Made by a program: the position numbers and the translations under genes
Shown: positions 63,401 to 64,000 of the stretch, in pieces
Layout: each line of letters starts with the position of its first letter
Numbering within the stretch: position 1 is the stretch's first letter
DNA from: Eledone cirrhosa
Lineage: Eukaryota
DNA length: 64,000 bases
Direction: 5' to 3'
Assembly (NCBI GenBank): GCA_964016885.1
Contig: OZ024740.1
Span: 14,446,001-14,510,000, forward strand
The notes under the pieces: model-generated
The model's input: only the letters and a program-made list of their open reading frames with translations
Told to the model about the DNA's origin: nothing
Database searches by the model: none

Positions 63401-64000
63401 ACATACAACACACAAGCAGGTAATACATACATCTAGGGCCACATACAACACACAAGCAGGTAATACATACATCTAGGACCACATACAACACAGAAGCAGG
63501 TAATACATACATCTAGGGCCACATACAACACACAAGCAGGTAATACATACATCTAGGACCACATACAACACACAAGCAGGTAGTACACACATCTAGGGCC
63601 ACATACAACACACAAGCAGGTAATACATACATCTAGGACCACATACAACACACAAGCAGGTAATACATACATCTAGGGCCACATACAACACACAAGCAGG
63701 TAACACATACATCTAGGACCAAATACAACACACAAGCAGGTAATACATACATCTAGGACCACATACAACACACCAGCAGGTAATACACACATCTAGGGCC
63801 ACATACAACACACAAGCAGGTGATACATACATCTAGCGCCACATACAACACACAAGCAGGTAATACACACATCTAGGGCCACATACAACACACAAGCAGG
63901 TAATACACACATCTAGGGCCACATACAACACACAAGCAGGTAATATATACATCTAGGACCACATACAACACACAAGCAGGTAGTACATACATCTAGGGCC
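57165..64000 (+). repeat. Patchwork of duplications in the right-hand subfamily (offsets 2879, 1320, 4199, 4719 and 280 bp)
   Basis: ORF-track matches 57354/60233 and 57594/60473/61793. TAATATATAC at 59222/63941. CACTAG pairs at 58292/58572 and 62491/62771. Confidence 0.85.

Larger units (their letters stand above)
1..64000 (+). repeat. 40-bp tandem satellite array (~1,600 head-to-tail monomers), consensus ACATACATCTAGGGCCACATACAACACACAAGCAGGTAAT; extends beyond both window ends
   Basis: The monomer is readable in every line of the window, mostly with 0-4 substitutions per copy. I saw no inversion and no non-satellite insert. The only length variants are 39- and 41-bp monomers. Confidence 0.99.

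Noticed and set aside
1-64000. Giant repeat protein via TAG read-through or an alternative genetic code on the minus strand
   Set aside because: The consensus would be open if TAG were recoded. However, variants introduce other stops (GGGTCAC gives TGA), 1-bp indels are tolerated, and the 40-bp unit is not a multiple of 3. Nothing supports coding.
1-64000. CRISPR array or other repeat-spacer cassette system
   Set aside because: Monomers abut directly with no unique spacers. Differences are inherited point variants, and there is no leader or cas gene.
1-64000. Telomerase-synthesised telomeric repeat (TG-rich strand, CTAGGG resembling TTAGGG)
   Set aside because: CTAGGG lies on the AC-rich strand, which is the wrong polarity. 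The heritable kb-scale variant patterns indicate recombinational amplification rather than templated addition. A subtelomeric location is not excluded.
1-64000. Pure sequencing artefact such as a rolling-circle concatemer or collapsed repeat
   Set aside because: Variants recur in consistent ordered haplotypes with graded divergence, which random error would not produce. Individual duplications still need read validation.

Overview
The whole 64 kb window is one uninterrupted, single-orientation tandem satellite array of a 40-bp monomer, consensus ACATACATCTAGGGCCACATACAACACACAAGCAGGTAAT (~1,600 copies, ~42% GC, + strand ~70% A+C). It runs off both ends. I see no unique sequence, gene, RNA gene, transposon or CRISPR spacer. 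All listed ORFs are artefacts of translating the repeat. The real information lies in the variant monomers. They show (i) nested in-register tandem duplications with periods of 120, 240/280, 1320, 1999, 2240, 2401, 2519, 2879, 5000 and 6036 bp, (ii) a ~8 kb ordered super-unit present at about 2-17.5, 26-34 and 43.6-51.7 kb, (iii) a 39-bp-monomer marker cassette that recurs 27 times, and (iv) a switch to a different monomer subfamily at ~52-56 kb. My by-eye count of 28 one-base deletions and 12 one-base insertions (net -16) matches the monomer phase shift between the window start and end. This looks like eukaryotic-type satellite or heterochromatic DNA under concerted evolution. The organism and function cannot be determined from the sequence, and I cannot support a novel gene-encoded system here. 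Duplication boundaries were read by eye and are accurate to about one monomer.
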